Below are positions 38,230 through 52,201 of a stretch of DNA of 64,000 nt, piece after piece (position 1 is the stretch's first letter; each line of letters opens with the position of its first letter). The stretch comes from Bugula neritina (lineage: Eukaryota > Animalia > Bryozoa): contig OZ037768.1 in the NCBI GenBank assembly GCA_964035545.1, positions 8,154,741-8,218,740 of the forward strand, read 5' to 3'. The position numbers and the translations under genes are program-made. Under the pieces are notes generated by a model that was given only the letters and a program-made list of their open reading frames with translations, had not been told where the DNA came from and made no database searches.

Positions 38230-38830
38230 GAAAAAACTGTGTAAATTTTCACATTAATTTCAAGTAGTGCCAGTCAGTTTGAAATAGTGTAGTTAAACAA
38301 AGAGCTTCAAGATTTTCAATCACTTTGACAACAACCTTAGCTGAAGTGCCCCACATCCATGTCAATTCTACTGCCAGGTCATTGTGCTTCTCTACTTTTC
38401 CCACTTTTTTTATTCTGTAGTCACTAGGGACAGTAATGTTGATGACAATTACTTCTGAATTGCTCTTGTTAATTGTCACAATATCAGGCATTCTAGCTGT
38501 GAGTTTGTATGTTAAAATCTCACCAAATGTTTATGCTGTTGATTCTATTATAAGATCAGCCCAGTGGTTCAAACCATTCTTGCTCCTCTAAAATCCTGAA
38601 GTTCCACACATTTTCTAGTGGATTGTTGAAATCGCATGTTCACCTTTTTAAACTATTTGTGTACTAGCCAATTCGTATTCATCGAATACACGCATCATCA
38701 TTTTATCTCTTGCATTATACATCTAGTATTTTTATTGCCACATTTTTTTCATAATGACCATCAGTCCTTCTGGTTTTTGTCACCATCCATATTTATGTGG
38801 CATGTATGTAAGTTATGCTTTTGAAGCAAT
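38230..38830 (-). mobile_element. Decayed 3' fragment of a non-LTR retrotransposon with restriction-like endonuclease (R4/Dong-like)
   Basis: ORF 38249-38491, (AR)MPDIVTINK...VINITVPSD...KVEKHNDLAVELTWMWG...VVVKVIENL, matches the RPDIV...IDxxVP...EKxxKY..L..E...W...VVPVVIG pattern of REL endonuclease domains. The upstream sequence is disrupted. Confidence 0.72.
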
Positions 38831-39534
38831 TATCAACAATTATTAGTTTACACAACTTTATTGTGTTTGAACTCAATGTAATAAATAGCTTAATAATTTT
38901 TCTGTAAGTATTAGGCATTAAATGCAATTTTAGAAATTACAATAATAACCATATTTTAATTTTCTAACGTAAAGCAAGTGTTTAGGGCCTAGATGTTTAA
39001 TGTTGAGTCTATTATATTCATTAAATTGCTCATGCTGGTGGGGTAATTAGCAATAATGTGCCTATCACAGTCGATGTCATTTCCTTCAATAATTATAATC
39101 GAAATTATTGATATGCTTGAGATATTAGTTGAAATATATTTGCTAGATCTCCAAACTACTTAACTAGCTGTTTGTTGAAGTTTTAGTAATTTATGCTCAA
39201 TGTTTTAATCGTTTATTATTTTTTCCTTTCGGTTTTATACTCATTTAAATCGAGAATCGTGCTTTTTATTTTTTAAAAGCATTGATTTGCAGTAATGGAG
39301 CATTGGTTTCCACAACCTTCTGAATTTTTGGCAACTAAATGCCTGCATTTTGTTTAAAATTTTACTTTTAAATTTTAAGTTTGCAACAAGTGTGGTCACA
39401 AAGCATTATATTCCATTAACAGTTTGTTTTCATTTATTGAGTTTTAGTGTACTATACATAGTTTATTAGATAATGTATTTATTTTGTACTTGAAGATTGA
39501 GTTTATAGGGAAAGTGTTTTGTAAAGTATAGTTG

Positions 39535-42500
39535 ATGACCATGGACTCTGCTAGTGCTAGTAATGGTCCTCTTGATATGTCTGAATGTGAAAAGAATCTA
39601 AAAAATACTCTCAAGCTATTGGCCAGCACCGAAAGGAAGCTGGAAAAAGCTCAAAGATACAACCAACAACTGGTTACAGAGGTGAATCTATTTTTATTAA
39701 TTTTCAGGTTAAAAATCAATGTCCTACCGAATTTCTCTTTTCAGCAGAAACCTTCTAATAATTTATCATATAGGTTTTTTTTTCAAATTTCATAGTTTCA
39801 TATATTTCATGTTCTTTAAAATATGTACTACATATACTAAATTTATAAGGCCACATAATGAAATATTCATTTGGTTTGCTTTTTTAATTTTCTATTGCTA
39901 GCTCTTTTTGTTTTGAAATTTATACAAGTTTGATGGGCATTATGTAAATGATAGATTTTTTCAGTGAAATGAATATCTTTGCTTGAATCCAAAGCTTTAG
40001 GAATTTGTTGTAATTGAATTGGAAATTAACTATTAAGTTAATGTATGCAAAGTTTACTTTTTCTGATGCTGTTCTGCATATATAATTTGACGAAATTGCT
40101 TTATGATATTATGCAGCATTGGAGTATGCAATTCAAATTGATTATTTGTTAGGCTTCAGCATTCATCAACATACCTCATTCTATGTGGCAAATTCTTTTC
40201 ACATCTTTGAAAAATTATATTAAATATATTAATTTTTAGAGCAGGTATCAATATTTGATGCTTTTTGAAGATCACTTGTAAAAAGTATCTTAGAAAGTTC
40301 TGTAATCATAACCGAATAATGTGTTTATACTGGCAACTAGATCATTGGCTCTTACTAATAGTAAAATCTAGGCATTAGCTCAGAGATATAACTGGTTGGT
40401 TTTAGCTTGAAGAACTGAAAAAAGAACTTCACACTCGAAGGAAAAAATCTAAAAGTATTACATACAGTGAGAAGAGTACACAAACTGACTACTCAGTCAA
40501 CAGTCTTCCTGATCCAAGTCAAAACTTAAACAATACATCTGAGCAGGTATAAAATTGTATGGCTGCTCCTTGAAACTAGGCGTGTCTAAATAACTTACTT
40601 GTGTCATGCTTTTTGCCATTTTATTGTTTATTAAACCAACAATTATAAAAATGTTAAAACTTGGCAACTGACAGGATTATGTGTTCATATTTTGGCACTC
40701 CACAGTTGTCAATTGTCAAAATACAAACAAAATTTGTCAACAGTTTAATTTTTAGCAGCCATAAAAGTGTCTGAAACTAGTCATATTTTTTCAACTTTAT
40801 TTCGCAAGTTCGTAAATTATTTGATGCAATCAAGAACTTAGTTTTTCCCTATACGCTTCAACAGTTAGGAAATGTCAGAAAATCTTAGAAATTGTCTTCT
40901 TTTGTTTTCCTTTTTTGTTGAGTAAGTAACTCTTAACGAGGATTATCAAGCATTTCAATAAAGGATGATTTATAATAGTAATAATATTTCAGGTTTAGAC
41001 TCAGCGCATTATATTGTGGTTATTTCAGACTGTTTCCGACCCAGTTTACGAGCCTTTGACCATTGAGGCATCTGCAGGAGATGGTAACACATTGAGTATT
41101 GCCGATCAGTTGCGATCAGTTGCAGAGCAGGCAGTGAGCCAATCAGGTTACACGTACGATGAAGTATCTGGACTCTACTATGACCAGCAAACCGGCTACT
41201 ACTACAATCCAGTAGGTATTCTGCCAAATACTTCTCTCTTGTACGCATATCTAGTATTTGGAATGCAGAGTTAAATGCTTTCTTCTCATGGATGTGGAAT
41301 GCTATTAATCAGCCTACCGTCAATGTAGTGGCCTGCCAAAAGTTGACGTTTGTCTGCAGCGAGTATGTTTACCACTCGTGAAATGTTAAGACAATATGAA
41401 ATCACTTCAGGGCATATTCCCAGAATGAGGCGGTTTTGTTTGTTACGCTATGCATTTACTGCGCTGCTGTAATGTTTGTGGTCATAGCGTGATCATCGCC
41501 TTCAAACCATTACAACAATAAAAAATGTTTTATATTCTAGGAAAACAAGTTGTATTATGACAGTGCGTCATGCTGTTATTACACATTCAATGAAGAAGGA
41601 AATTGCTATGAGTTCCATTCCCAAGCAGATCTCTCTCAGTATGAGCAATACTACAAACACCAAAGTGCAAAGGCCGAGCGTCTGGCTAGGAAAGCGGCAA
41701 AGCAAGCAAGACGGGAGTCGCGGGAATCTAGACTAGCCAGTAAAGAATCCAGAAAACGGTGTACTAATACAGACGAGGTGCGAACTTAAAGTTATGTTAT
41801 CATAATTAATTATATGTACATTTATGTTAATAATATTTATACTGGCTATAACATTTACATAAATACATTAGAAGTCTGCCACGCTGTACATGACACTAAG
41901 TGAAGCGCCGATCTACTGCTGGAGCATGTAGAAACACTGACTATTGTTGTTTGCAGGTAGAGAGATGTGTTGATGACTTGACAGCTCACTTTCTCACTAG
42001 CCTGCAGATAGACCGTCAAAGAAAGCACCTGCAAGGTAACCTGCTGAGACACTCCATTCTTCTCGTTTTAGATTCCTCCAAAGAAGTGCCTCGTTGATAG
42101 CTCTGCTAAGGAATCTGATGATGACGCTGAAGTTGAGGCAGCTCGGCAGCTTACAAATAGCCAATCAGAAAATTCATCAGAGCCGGAGGATGGAGAAGTT
42201 GTCTCCTCGGACGAGGAGTCCTGTCTCGGTGATGCCGATGTCGCGCCAGGTTAGAGTTATGTAGCCGTGTTCCGGTGTGCCGCGTGAACTACCAGTTTGT
42301 TCTCTTATCTCTTATATCGGGGTTCTCATCAATTGTAATGCAAGTTCTACTAATGCGTCTAATGGTAAATTTTATGGCTTGTTTTTCCAGACAGTTTCTA
42401 TTCAAATTTCAAATAACATTTATGGAAAATAATGATTTGATGCACTGCTTATTAGAGTGCAAAAATGTCCTGAATAATTATTCATATCATTGGTATTTTA

Positions 42501-45500
42501 TAATTCGTAACCAAACTTATCAATTAACTCCCTATAAACACCACTTTTGTCGTTATATCATTTTAAGGTTATTAATGCATAGCTGATGAGATTATCATAA
42601 TAGATAATGTCATAACATCAAAAAAACTCATGAAATACTACAACCATATGCATTCCAATTAGTTTTCAATACATTAGACAGTACATTAAAAATAATTTTG
42701 CTTCCATGACTTGAGAATTTGTAAATAACCATTGCACAATTCTTGGGTAATAAAAATAAGTTCTTTTACCCAGTTTCTATTTTTGAAATGCTGGCTTGTA
42801 ACAAGCAGATAAGAAATATTTGGAATAACAAAACAAGCTGTAAAGGTTGCCATTTCCTTATACCAAATTGTTCAGTATCACTGTAGGCACAGCAAATCAC
42901 ATTAGTTGCCACATATTTTATGTTTACGTTTGCTTAATATTTTGTAGTACGCAAATATTACATGCTGATACTATGAGTGAACAACTTAGTGCTACAATTA
43001 TACAATGTGCACATTTTCTTATTTTTCTCTAAAAACAACAACCTTGGTTTTAGTTTGATGTGTGGGTTTGAATATATACCCTCAAGTAGAAAGATTTTGT
43101 GAAAATAAGTTTTAAATTTGTTAAATTTTTATTATGCAGGCTTTGAGGTTGCATATGAATCGTAGAAATTGATGTTAGCGTCATTTGCGTATAAACATCA
43201 TTAAAATCTGAAAATATCTTGTAAAATAATGTTGACTTTTGCTCACGAAAAAGATAGCCTTTAATATTAACTCAAGCTCAAAATATCAGCTGGTAGTAGG
43301 TTTTGCGTCAAATCAATGTTTTCCTTGTATAAATCACATCCAGTTTTCGTATGAGAAAAAGTGGGATATTTTAAATATGGCGTGTTTTGATTTAATTAAT
43401 ATTACTTTCTCTGATTGGTCACTGTCAGTGTCTTAGAACGTGGTATGTAATCTAGGCACGTTGTTTAATATGCTAACTGGATAGGCAAGTCCAATTTTAA
43501 GATCATTTAATAGCACTGTCATGTGATGTTTTGTGTTCTCACATACATTAAACTCATCAGAAAGTGAGTTGTTTCAGGTGGCTCAAGTGTTTAACTGTCC
43601 TAATCCTATCAAACTCGCCCTTTCAGTGCCAAATAACTCTTCACGTGAAAAAATTAACAAAATAATTGCACAATCGTGTCAGGTTAATTAACAATTGGTC
43701 CAACCTAAGGGTTTAGATTGCAAAATTATCAAGAGTGTTTTTATTAAAATGTATCAATTTAGAAGTCCTTGGGACAAGTTTATGTACTGAAACTTATTTT
43801 CAAGCTATACTGCAAGAAATAGAGCAAAGCTGCTGTGTTTAATCATAATACAAGTAAAGTTAACTTTTCAGCTACCAGTGCATGTTATTAGCTTTCGTGT
43901 TCATACATTATACAAAGAACAAGTTGCAAGTATGTATCAAATTTCGTTATTTTGAAAGTTGCTAAACTCAAAAGTCAAACATCGATTTTTTATATTAAAC
44001 ACTAGCGTAGCCAGATAATTTGTTAGGCATGATGTTTTTCACATCATACTAAATTCATTTTATGCTTTTAATAGTCCAAAGAACTGAAATCACTTAGTTT
44101 TTGTGAGCATTAAGTAGATGGTTAATTAATGTAATCTAAGGTAATAATGGCTTGCCACACATCAAATACAGGAAATAAAGTCTTGGTATATCGAAGCAAC
44201 CAGGTGCCTATTCATATATCATCATCAATGGTCTCGACTCTGTCTAATTCTCATTTTAAACCTGCTTAAAAAATTGACATGGAAATATTTGTGATGCAAA
44301 GTAGTCTGATCATATAATTATATTCATTGCAATCACCTTCTCGTACTTCCCTTTACATAGTAAAATGTATGGATTTCTTGAACCTTGACTTGTGATTGCT
44401 ATGTGTCTAGTCTACATGGTGCTATGATGTTAGTCTGTAGCAAGACTCGGTGATTCTTACATGCCATACATTTTTACTGGGTGGAGTAAAGAGTATGACG
44501 GGTGGGTATCCGCAGGTGTACTTAATAATCATTCGGGGAATCTCATTCCTCTAAACAATGGCCTGACTTTAAACCCTAATCACCACAAGACAAACTCACA
44601 GCATTAGGTATTGTTACTCACAGTTCAGGCACAATCAAATAACTGGAAGTTATTCCCAGACAGATCCGGTTTTGCATAATCCTCTGGTTTTTGTTGAAAA
44701 GTCGTACAGTTTTTTTCAGCTCACCGATTTCACACTTGGAGTTATGAATGGTTATTTGATCTTGTGTGAATATTGATATAGATATCATTCATGTTTTTAT
44801 TCGAAAATTTACATAATCTGTAAAATGTGATTGGACTAGAATTACATTTTTTGTTAATTATTAGTGTGGCTTCTTGCAGTTGTGTATTCAGCAGTCATAT
44901 AATAATTATAGTAGTTGGAGTAGTCAGGTAATATTTATCAGTGGATTAATAATTAGTTTCCAACATTCCTTTAATGGGCTCATCTTACATGGCAGTATTT
45001 CAACACACTATACATGCAAACGGAATGCTTCGTTCAGTTTCAGTAATGACATGAAGTCCTTTTATTTCTATACAAGTTTAGGTTTAAGATGTGTCTGTAA
45101 AAAGAGCTAAATTTATTATGTAATATTTTTCATCCAGAACCCACCTTTCCTCTGTGCCGAATCTCCCTTTCTATGTTAGCTGGTTTGATGTTGTATTCTC
45201 ACCATTTCAGAGCAGCTATGGAGACCTCCATGTGTGCGAGCCGTTGTAAAGACATCTGATACCCTTGACATAGGCAGCTTGCATGTTGTAACTATAAATG
45301 GTGGCAATATTGGCAGCGATGATACTTGTACTATATGTATTCCTGAAGAGCAGGTCAATGAGGTACCCCATCTTTTCTCCATGTTACTCTGAGCTAGTGT
45401 AGGAATTTTTAGACCTCAAATAAGCTACAATGTGACTATATATCTTTTTATTGGAGCTATGACACCTTGCTACACTAGTGAATTCTGATTAGGCATGAGA

Positions 45501-48500
45501 ATCCTAGACTGCATTAGAGTTAAAATTCGATTTTTTAGCAGGTTTTATTTAATTCAATGTGTAAGTCTCTGTTCTTATATAAGCCTTCAGCACCTAAGCT
45601 GCACTTCTCTGTAGTCTATTTCATACTGGTATCCTATTACAAAATTAACCTTTTTGCAGACACATTGCAAGCTAGTGTATTCTAATGAAGAGCGCTGCTA
45701 CTATATCGTGGAACTTGGCAGCAAAAGTGGGACATTTCTCAACTCCACCAGACTTTCTCAGGTAAGGTGGCACGTGGATTCAGTATGACATTCCTTGTGC
45801 AGGTCTCTTGTATCTTACATACTGCATGTGGTTTACCATCAAACACTCAACTGGAGCTATTCTTAGTCGCAGCTGGTGAATTCATATCACTGAGACATCC
45901 TCTGGTGATTTCTAGGTGTCCACCTGCCAGTCTGGAATCTTATCTTTGAACATACATTTGACATTCTGATACACAGATTGACTATAGTTATTGTTTATTA
46001 ACCTTGAGAATAGTATGTTTTCACAGCTAAAATTTAATAAATAATTACATGTATAATTTTCTGCCTAATGAGCCAATTGTAAATCAAAATATCCATCTAC
46101 AGTGACACCCAGTTTCAGGTTTATTTCTAAAAGTTTTGAAAGGCTTGCATGGCAACGAACTAATTCTAACCAGGTGGAAAATCTCACGTCAAGGTCAACA
46201 CGGATTTGTCTGAGGCTTACGTCACCAATGTGTCATCCCCATGTCTCATAGGATGATGCCTCGTGAAATTTCTCACCTTCTAATGTTATTAATCTCTAAG
46301 TTCTGTTTCTCAGAGAAAGCATGGCTGAAGTTTCAGCTGAACTTTCAGTTAGAAAAACTGATAAATCACGGATGGTAGTATTTGTTGACAGTTACATAAA
46401 CATTTGTCAGTCTGGCCATCTTTGGTAATACTTCAGTGGTTTTTCTATGGCACTGAGAATTTGCCCAAGTGACACATGTGTTCATTAGTTTACAATTATT
46501 ATAATTTATTAAAATACATTACATAGTTTTGTGGCAACTAACAGAGTTTTGACCTAGTTCACCATCTGTTCAACAGTTCTTTAAAAACTTGTCACTCTTG
46601 TAATTAGAATGGTAAACATGTGCCTTGAGCTCTCTGGTTATTAATTACTTTTCTAGAAGTTGTGGTATTCTTCAAACTTTAACAAGTTGCTACTTCAAGG
46701 GTTTTTTGTAGTGTTGGTTGTCATGTTATGGTGTTTTCGAGCAAATGAAGTTATCTGTTGAAATGCACATTTGCTGTCTCTTTTGTGGTGGTAGAGTGGA
46801 GAGAGTTCCAGCTGTCGGTTGAGTAACCGGGACTGTTTGAGAGTAGGGACTACTGAACTTGTGCTACACATACATCCTGGTACAGACACTTGCTCTCACT
46901 GTGAGCCAGGTGTCATCGAGTCTACACTCAGAACTCAACTATTGCAACAACAGAATTCCTGTAAGTAGTATTCAGTTCAAAAGTTTATCTCCTCTTTGCG
47001 ACACCAGGTGGTATTTACAACTGATTGTTATTACGCATAGTTGTTATTCTTCATATTTAATCAAATACACTTCAGAAATATCTTCGTAAGAATAATACAA
47101 GTAGTGAAAATATTTTCGAAAGTAAAATATATTGAAAATGCACAAAAAGTCAATTAACTATCAGATGGTAGTTAGCAGGTGAATTGTGGGTATTAGCTGT
47201 GAAAGACTATGAGTCAGTGTAGTTTCTATTACAATATGATGTCATGCTAGCCCACGTTGGAACACACCTTGCTGATGAATATTGTAAATTAATTCAGATA
47301 AATTATTTTTTATGATCAATGCACTCAGAAAAGGTGCCAAAATGCGTAATTTTCTGTTGTATATAATTGCTGGAGCTTGTTTATATTGTGTGTGGGTGTA
47401 CCTGGGTTGGCTGAAATCAGTAAACATTTGTGTTGGAAGTAATTCAAAGCACCACCTCAGCATAATCTAAGTTCTACAGCATACTTTAGGTATCAGCGAA
47501 GAGGCTTTCTTTGAAGATGAAAAATAGTTGTCTTTCCCAAGTCATAAAGTAAAATATTTGTGAGTTTAGGCAATTCATATTATTCTACGCCTAAGTAATA
47601 ATTATATTATAATAGCCAATACAGAATAATATTACGTAGTGTAATCTAACATGATAGCATCAGAACCACCGCTCTTGATTTCTATTGTTTTACATGACCC
47701 AATTAGGGTGTAACCTGAACTGCTCTCTATATTCTCAGTCAGAGTTAGTCAATATAATAACAAACATATTTTGGTTGCTGGAAGCTCTAATTACAGTTAT
47801 GTGAATGAATAAAGGAATGTAAGGTCATTGGTAGACTGCATCAGACACTGGTTCACTTGGTCAATGTCATATCTTAATCCCTAATTATTGTTGATAATTG
47901 CTTTTTAGTTCATAAATTGTATAAACTTCTCATTGCTGTTAATCTTTATTCCTATTTATCATGCATAATTTTTATGACACTAAAAATAAAATCAGTTAAC
48001 CACAGCCTGACAGAATGATTTTATCTTGTCAATAACTGTATTGGAATCATAAATTTTGGCTGCTCCAATGAATGATGTGTTTTTAGATTTGTTTTGCTGA
48101 GGAAGACTAACTAATCAATAATTTTGGTATTGAATTTTTTTCAAGAGATATTGCTAGGTTTTATATAATGTGGAGTGGATATTTACAAAATTAATCAAAT
48201 TGAAATATTCTTTGCATTTTTTTGCTTAATAAGTATCTGTGACTATAATTTAGTTTAGTTTTGATCATTTTTGTCACTTAAAAGTGATATTCTCAATTAC
48301 AGTTAACATCCTAATATTTCACCCCTAATTCAGTTATAACATTTATAATAGTTTGGTAGCAAAATGAATGTTTCTAGTTTATATGTAACTAAACTTATAC
48401 TGCTTTTGGTGCGTTTGCATATTTGTGCTTTTGGGCAGGAATTTAATTCGAAACAGTTTCAGCTTATGAATTTGGCGATTCAATTTTTTTCAAAATGTGA

Positions 48501-50531
48501 ACTGTATGTTTTGCATGATATAATATGGTACTGTATATTTAACAATACTCCTAATTAGTCATCATTCAATAATCTACAAAGCAAATGTTTTTTCTGGTAA
48601 AAACATGCCAAATCAGTTGTCTAAATTCACCAGCTGTTCATTTGTGTCTGTCTGTCTGTCTCTCTTTCTCTCAGCAACACTGTGTCACTGCCAAATTGGT
48701 AACCTAAAGGTTGGCACCATCGGATGTACCTACTGTATGCTATCAGACACTTTGTCCTTGGCTTAGCAAGATGCAATGACATTCCCCACTGAACTTTATG
48801 CTCTCCTTATATTCTCAAAATTGTCATATGATTTATCTGCCTGAAGAGTCTAATAAATTGATGTTATCTTGCGTTATGTTCTGTAACGACCGTTAACAAG
48901 GACATATTATTGGCAGCCCAGATTCATACAATTCTCAACAACTATTCTCAACCCTAGATTGCAGACGTGATAAACTGTTGTCTCCAACATCCTGCCTTTG
49001 TCATCATTGTCTGTTATGGCTTCATATTTATTCTGATTATGATTTTAGTTGATGTGAATCATAAAAAAATCACTTTTAAGCATCTCCTCTTAGCTAATAC
49101 TGCCTTTCATCATTTTTATCTTTGAATGGTATTGCCATGAAGTGCTCTATAAATAACTGGCTGGATTTTGCTCCTGTCTGATTTTGGTGTTCATCTTAAA
49201 CGTTTCGATTACTATTGAACACCTTGGCTTATGTAACTCGCTACTATCTGCAAGAAGCATATTGCTAGTTATCATTGTTTACTGTTTCAGCTGGTCAAAG
49301 AGATGTGGAAAAACAAAGAAGAAGTCAGTTGAAGACACTGAAAAAGAAATATGGACTAGAAGTCAGTGTTTATCACTTGGTTTTAGCAAGAATTCTTTAC
49401 AGCTTAGAAACACTAATTTGTTGTAGAAAGTAAATTTAGGGAATTCATGCTCCAATTATCAATACATTTCCTTGAAAATAATCTCTTTTGGATAGATTTT
49501 ATTATACTACTTTTCTGATTTTATAATTTTGTTTGTTCACATTACATTTGTTTAAAGTTTCAGTAAAGTCATGGTGTAAATGGAAATAGTACAATATTGT
49601 TGTTTTAGAATGAAAGGTTTACTCAAAAGCAGCCAGTAGTTAGCAGCAAATATGAAGACAAAGCTGAAAAGAGAAGACAGAAGTACGGTATTGAGTCGCC
49701 GCAGGTAGCTGATGAAGCAGGATCTTCTGTCGACTCAGCCATTTCCAATCAGAATGTCGGCCATAAATTATTGGAGAAAATGGGGTGGAAGTCCGGGGAG
49801 TCACTTGGTAAAACTCAGACGGGAATCATTGAACCAGTAAGCAGTAAAATAGACACTATCTCATGTAACTTATCGTCCAATGTATGGTTGATTGTTTATG
49901 ATTTTGTGCCTAGCAATGCTACGAAATCCTACAATGGATTGCTTGTCAGTTGGTCAGTTTACAACAGTCTAATGTTTTACAGAAGATTAACAGTTTATTC
50001 ATTATATGCAAATCTTTCAAATCGTTTATAATATAATATTTTGTTGACATCACTTTTAAACCAATTAATAATATTTTTTCAAATAATTTATTTCAACATT
50101 TCAATGAAGTATTTGATTGTGGAAATTTTTTCAACTAACCATGAATTTTCATACAGTTTCATGTTGCAGTTATTATTGTTAACTGAACTGAAACACTCTC
50201 CGTGTGGATAAATTCCATAGAAATTGAAATTGAAAACAGACTGTAGTATTTACTACCTGTTAATAGTAACTAAACTTTTAAAACGTATTCACCCAATTTT
50301 TTTCAGATTAAGGTTGACTTGCGCTTGAATACCAGTGCTGGATTGGGCTCCACAACTAATAGAACTGTTTCCATGGACGAAGGGGGAAATTTACCGAGAG
50401 CTCGTAGGAAAGCCGAGATACGGATGAAAACTCAAACACGTTTTGAAAAGGCTAAAACTTCTGCCATCTTTGATCCAATGATGAATGATTCAGATGATGG
50501 TGAAGATGTTGAGAAGTTGAACCAAAAATAA
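39535..50531 (+). CDS. AGGF1: Angiogenic factor with G-patch and FHA domains 1 (about 609 aa, or about 576 aa with the alternative exon)
   Basis: Exons 39535-39681, 40406-40546, 41029-41211, 41541-41777, [41957-42035 or 42072-42249], 45211-45362, 45660-45761, 46795-46960, 49291-49361, 49609-49836, 50307-50531. N-terminal coiled coil; OCRE (SGYTYDEVSGLYYDQQTGYYYNP...YYDS); WRPPCVRAVV; FHA (ELGSKSGTFLN, LHIHPGTDTCSHCEPG); YEDKAEKRR; G-patch (NVGHKLLEKMGWKSGESLGK...AGLG). The start codon is uncertain. Confidence 0.92.
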
Positions 50532-52014
50532 ATTATTGTTTTTCTCCAATAATTTTTAATTTAATGTTGGCATGTATATGTTGAATTAGAATGTACTTTG
50601 CAGTTATATGAACAAACTCGACAAGTGTATATAATGTATATTTGTAAAATTGTATCTAAATATAATAAAAAGCCTCTCTGCTGGTATTGTGATTCACTCC
50701 TACAAAAATATAACTGATCTTTATTGGCTGTAACTTGGAATATAGTAATCTGAAATAATATTTTATACCGCATCTTCCAGCTGTATATTAATCTGTTTGG
50801 GGCTGTTCCATCTGTCAAAGTTTGAGGTTCTTACAAAGTCTCGAACTCGAAGTTTTTTGGAAAGTATTATTTATGACTTTTAGTGTGTTGCGCAATGCAT
50901 TAGTGTTAAACTTGCCCCATTCTCACCTGCTAAGGGTATACGCCAAAGAAATACATGACATTATCGTTATTTATTTCTTTGATGAAAAGTTTAATTTGAT
51001 TCTATGGTTTGCGATGGCCATTTTACATAGTTCTATTATGTTAATATATACATAGCTTAAATTCTCAGACATTGTGATGTAGTAAAAAATGTCATTCATC
51101 ATCTTTCAACGTATGAAGCTGAGCTATCTATGATTGGCTGATAGCCTTCCTCAGTCTTCAGGTTATCCTGAGCTCACTTGCTGCTGAAACATTGTCGCCA
51201 CAATTACTTGATTTCTGGCACGTATTTTATAATATATGCACTCTTTGCATGCACTGTTGATTATCTGATGCATTTTTAAAGGCAGTAAATTGTTTTTAAT
51301 TTACTTTTTTTGTAATTTATGCCCGATCTTAATATGATGCTGTATGGGATTACATGAGATATTGAGCATAATCTGGTCTTATTTACTGCTGGTCTTTCAA
51401 GGCCTTTCAATGGCAAAGTTGATGTATAGGGCCATTGCTTGCTTACTTGTAGTTTTCAGATATATGGCCGTAACGAGCAGAAGGCCAATTGCGAAAGGCC
51501 CATACCAGAGATGCTGTCTGAAATAAATTTTGTTTCCCCCTAAAAGCCTCTACATTAAAAAAACCTACACTGCAAAAACAAATCAAACCCTCAGGTTTCA
51601 AAGTCACATCTCTGTTGCCCAATTGCTTTAATGGTGCTATGATGTCAGCTGTTTACCATCTCTGGTAACCTTGGAAGATTAGCTAAGTCATAAAAGTCTT
51701 TTTAATTTAACAGGAAGCACTGGCAAAAAGTACACATTTTATTGTCTTTGTTCAGACTGCATAAAATAGTTTTATATACTTATTAATTATGAAGACTAAT
51801 TTTTAGCTTAAGTACTGTATATCAGTATTATCTATTGAAAATATTTAATGCTCTTTCTATCTCTTCATTCTTTTTTATAAATGCGAAAATTGCAGCTCAA
51901 AGCTTAGAAGAAACTGGTGAAGTTCACTAGTAGAGTATTAACATTCACTCATTAGTCATAATGAGGCGTTCCTCTGTATTATTTCATGCAGTTGTCTGCA
52001 ATGAAGGGCATTCA

Positions 52015-52055
52015 CTGATTGGTCAATTCACACAAGAGCTTAACATATAAATGAG
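52015..52055 (+). promoter_or_regulatory. Putative follistatin core promoter (inverted CCAAT plus TATA-like box)
   Basis: CTGATTGGTC at about 52015 and CATATAAAT at about 52045, roughly 155 nt upstream of the ATG at 52202. Confidence 0.35.
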
Positions 52056-52201
52056 ACACACTGTAGTGCTTTCTGCAAAAAGGTGCAATTTACTTTCTCT
52101 CCATCATCAACACCTCTCAGGACTATTCAGTTGATACAACTTTCTATACAGAAATAACATCTAAGGATTGTGGAGTTCTAGACACAAACAGCAGCCTCTC
52201 A

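Noticed and set aside
42840-44100. Repeat-like intronic sequence in AGGF1 (similar texture near 46100-46400 and 53430-53830)
   Set aside because: May be old transposon remnants, but I could not identify paired TIRs or duplications.
44430-44790. Minus-strand peptides CEIGELKKTV...QNRICLG... and ...YTCGYPP...RITESC resemble a DAN/gremlin cystine knot
   Set aside because: Most knot cysteines are absent, the blocks are out of phase at the canonical acceptor, and no signal-peptide exon was found.
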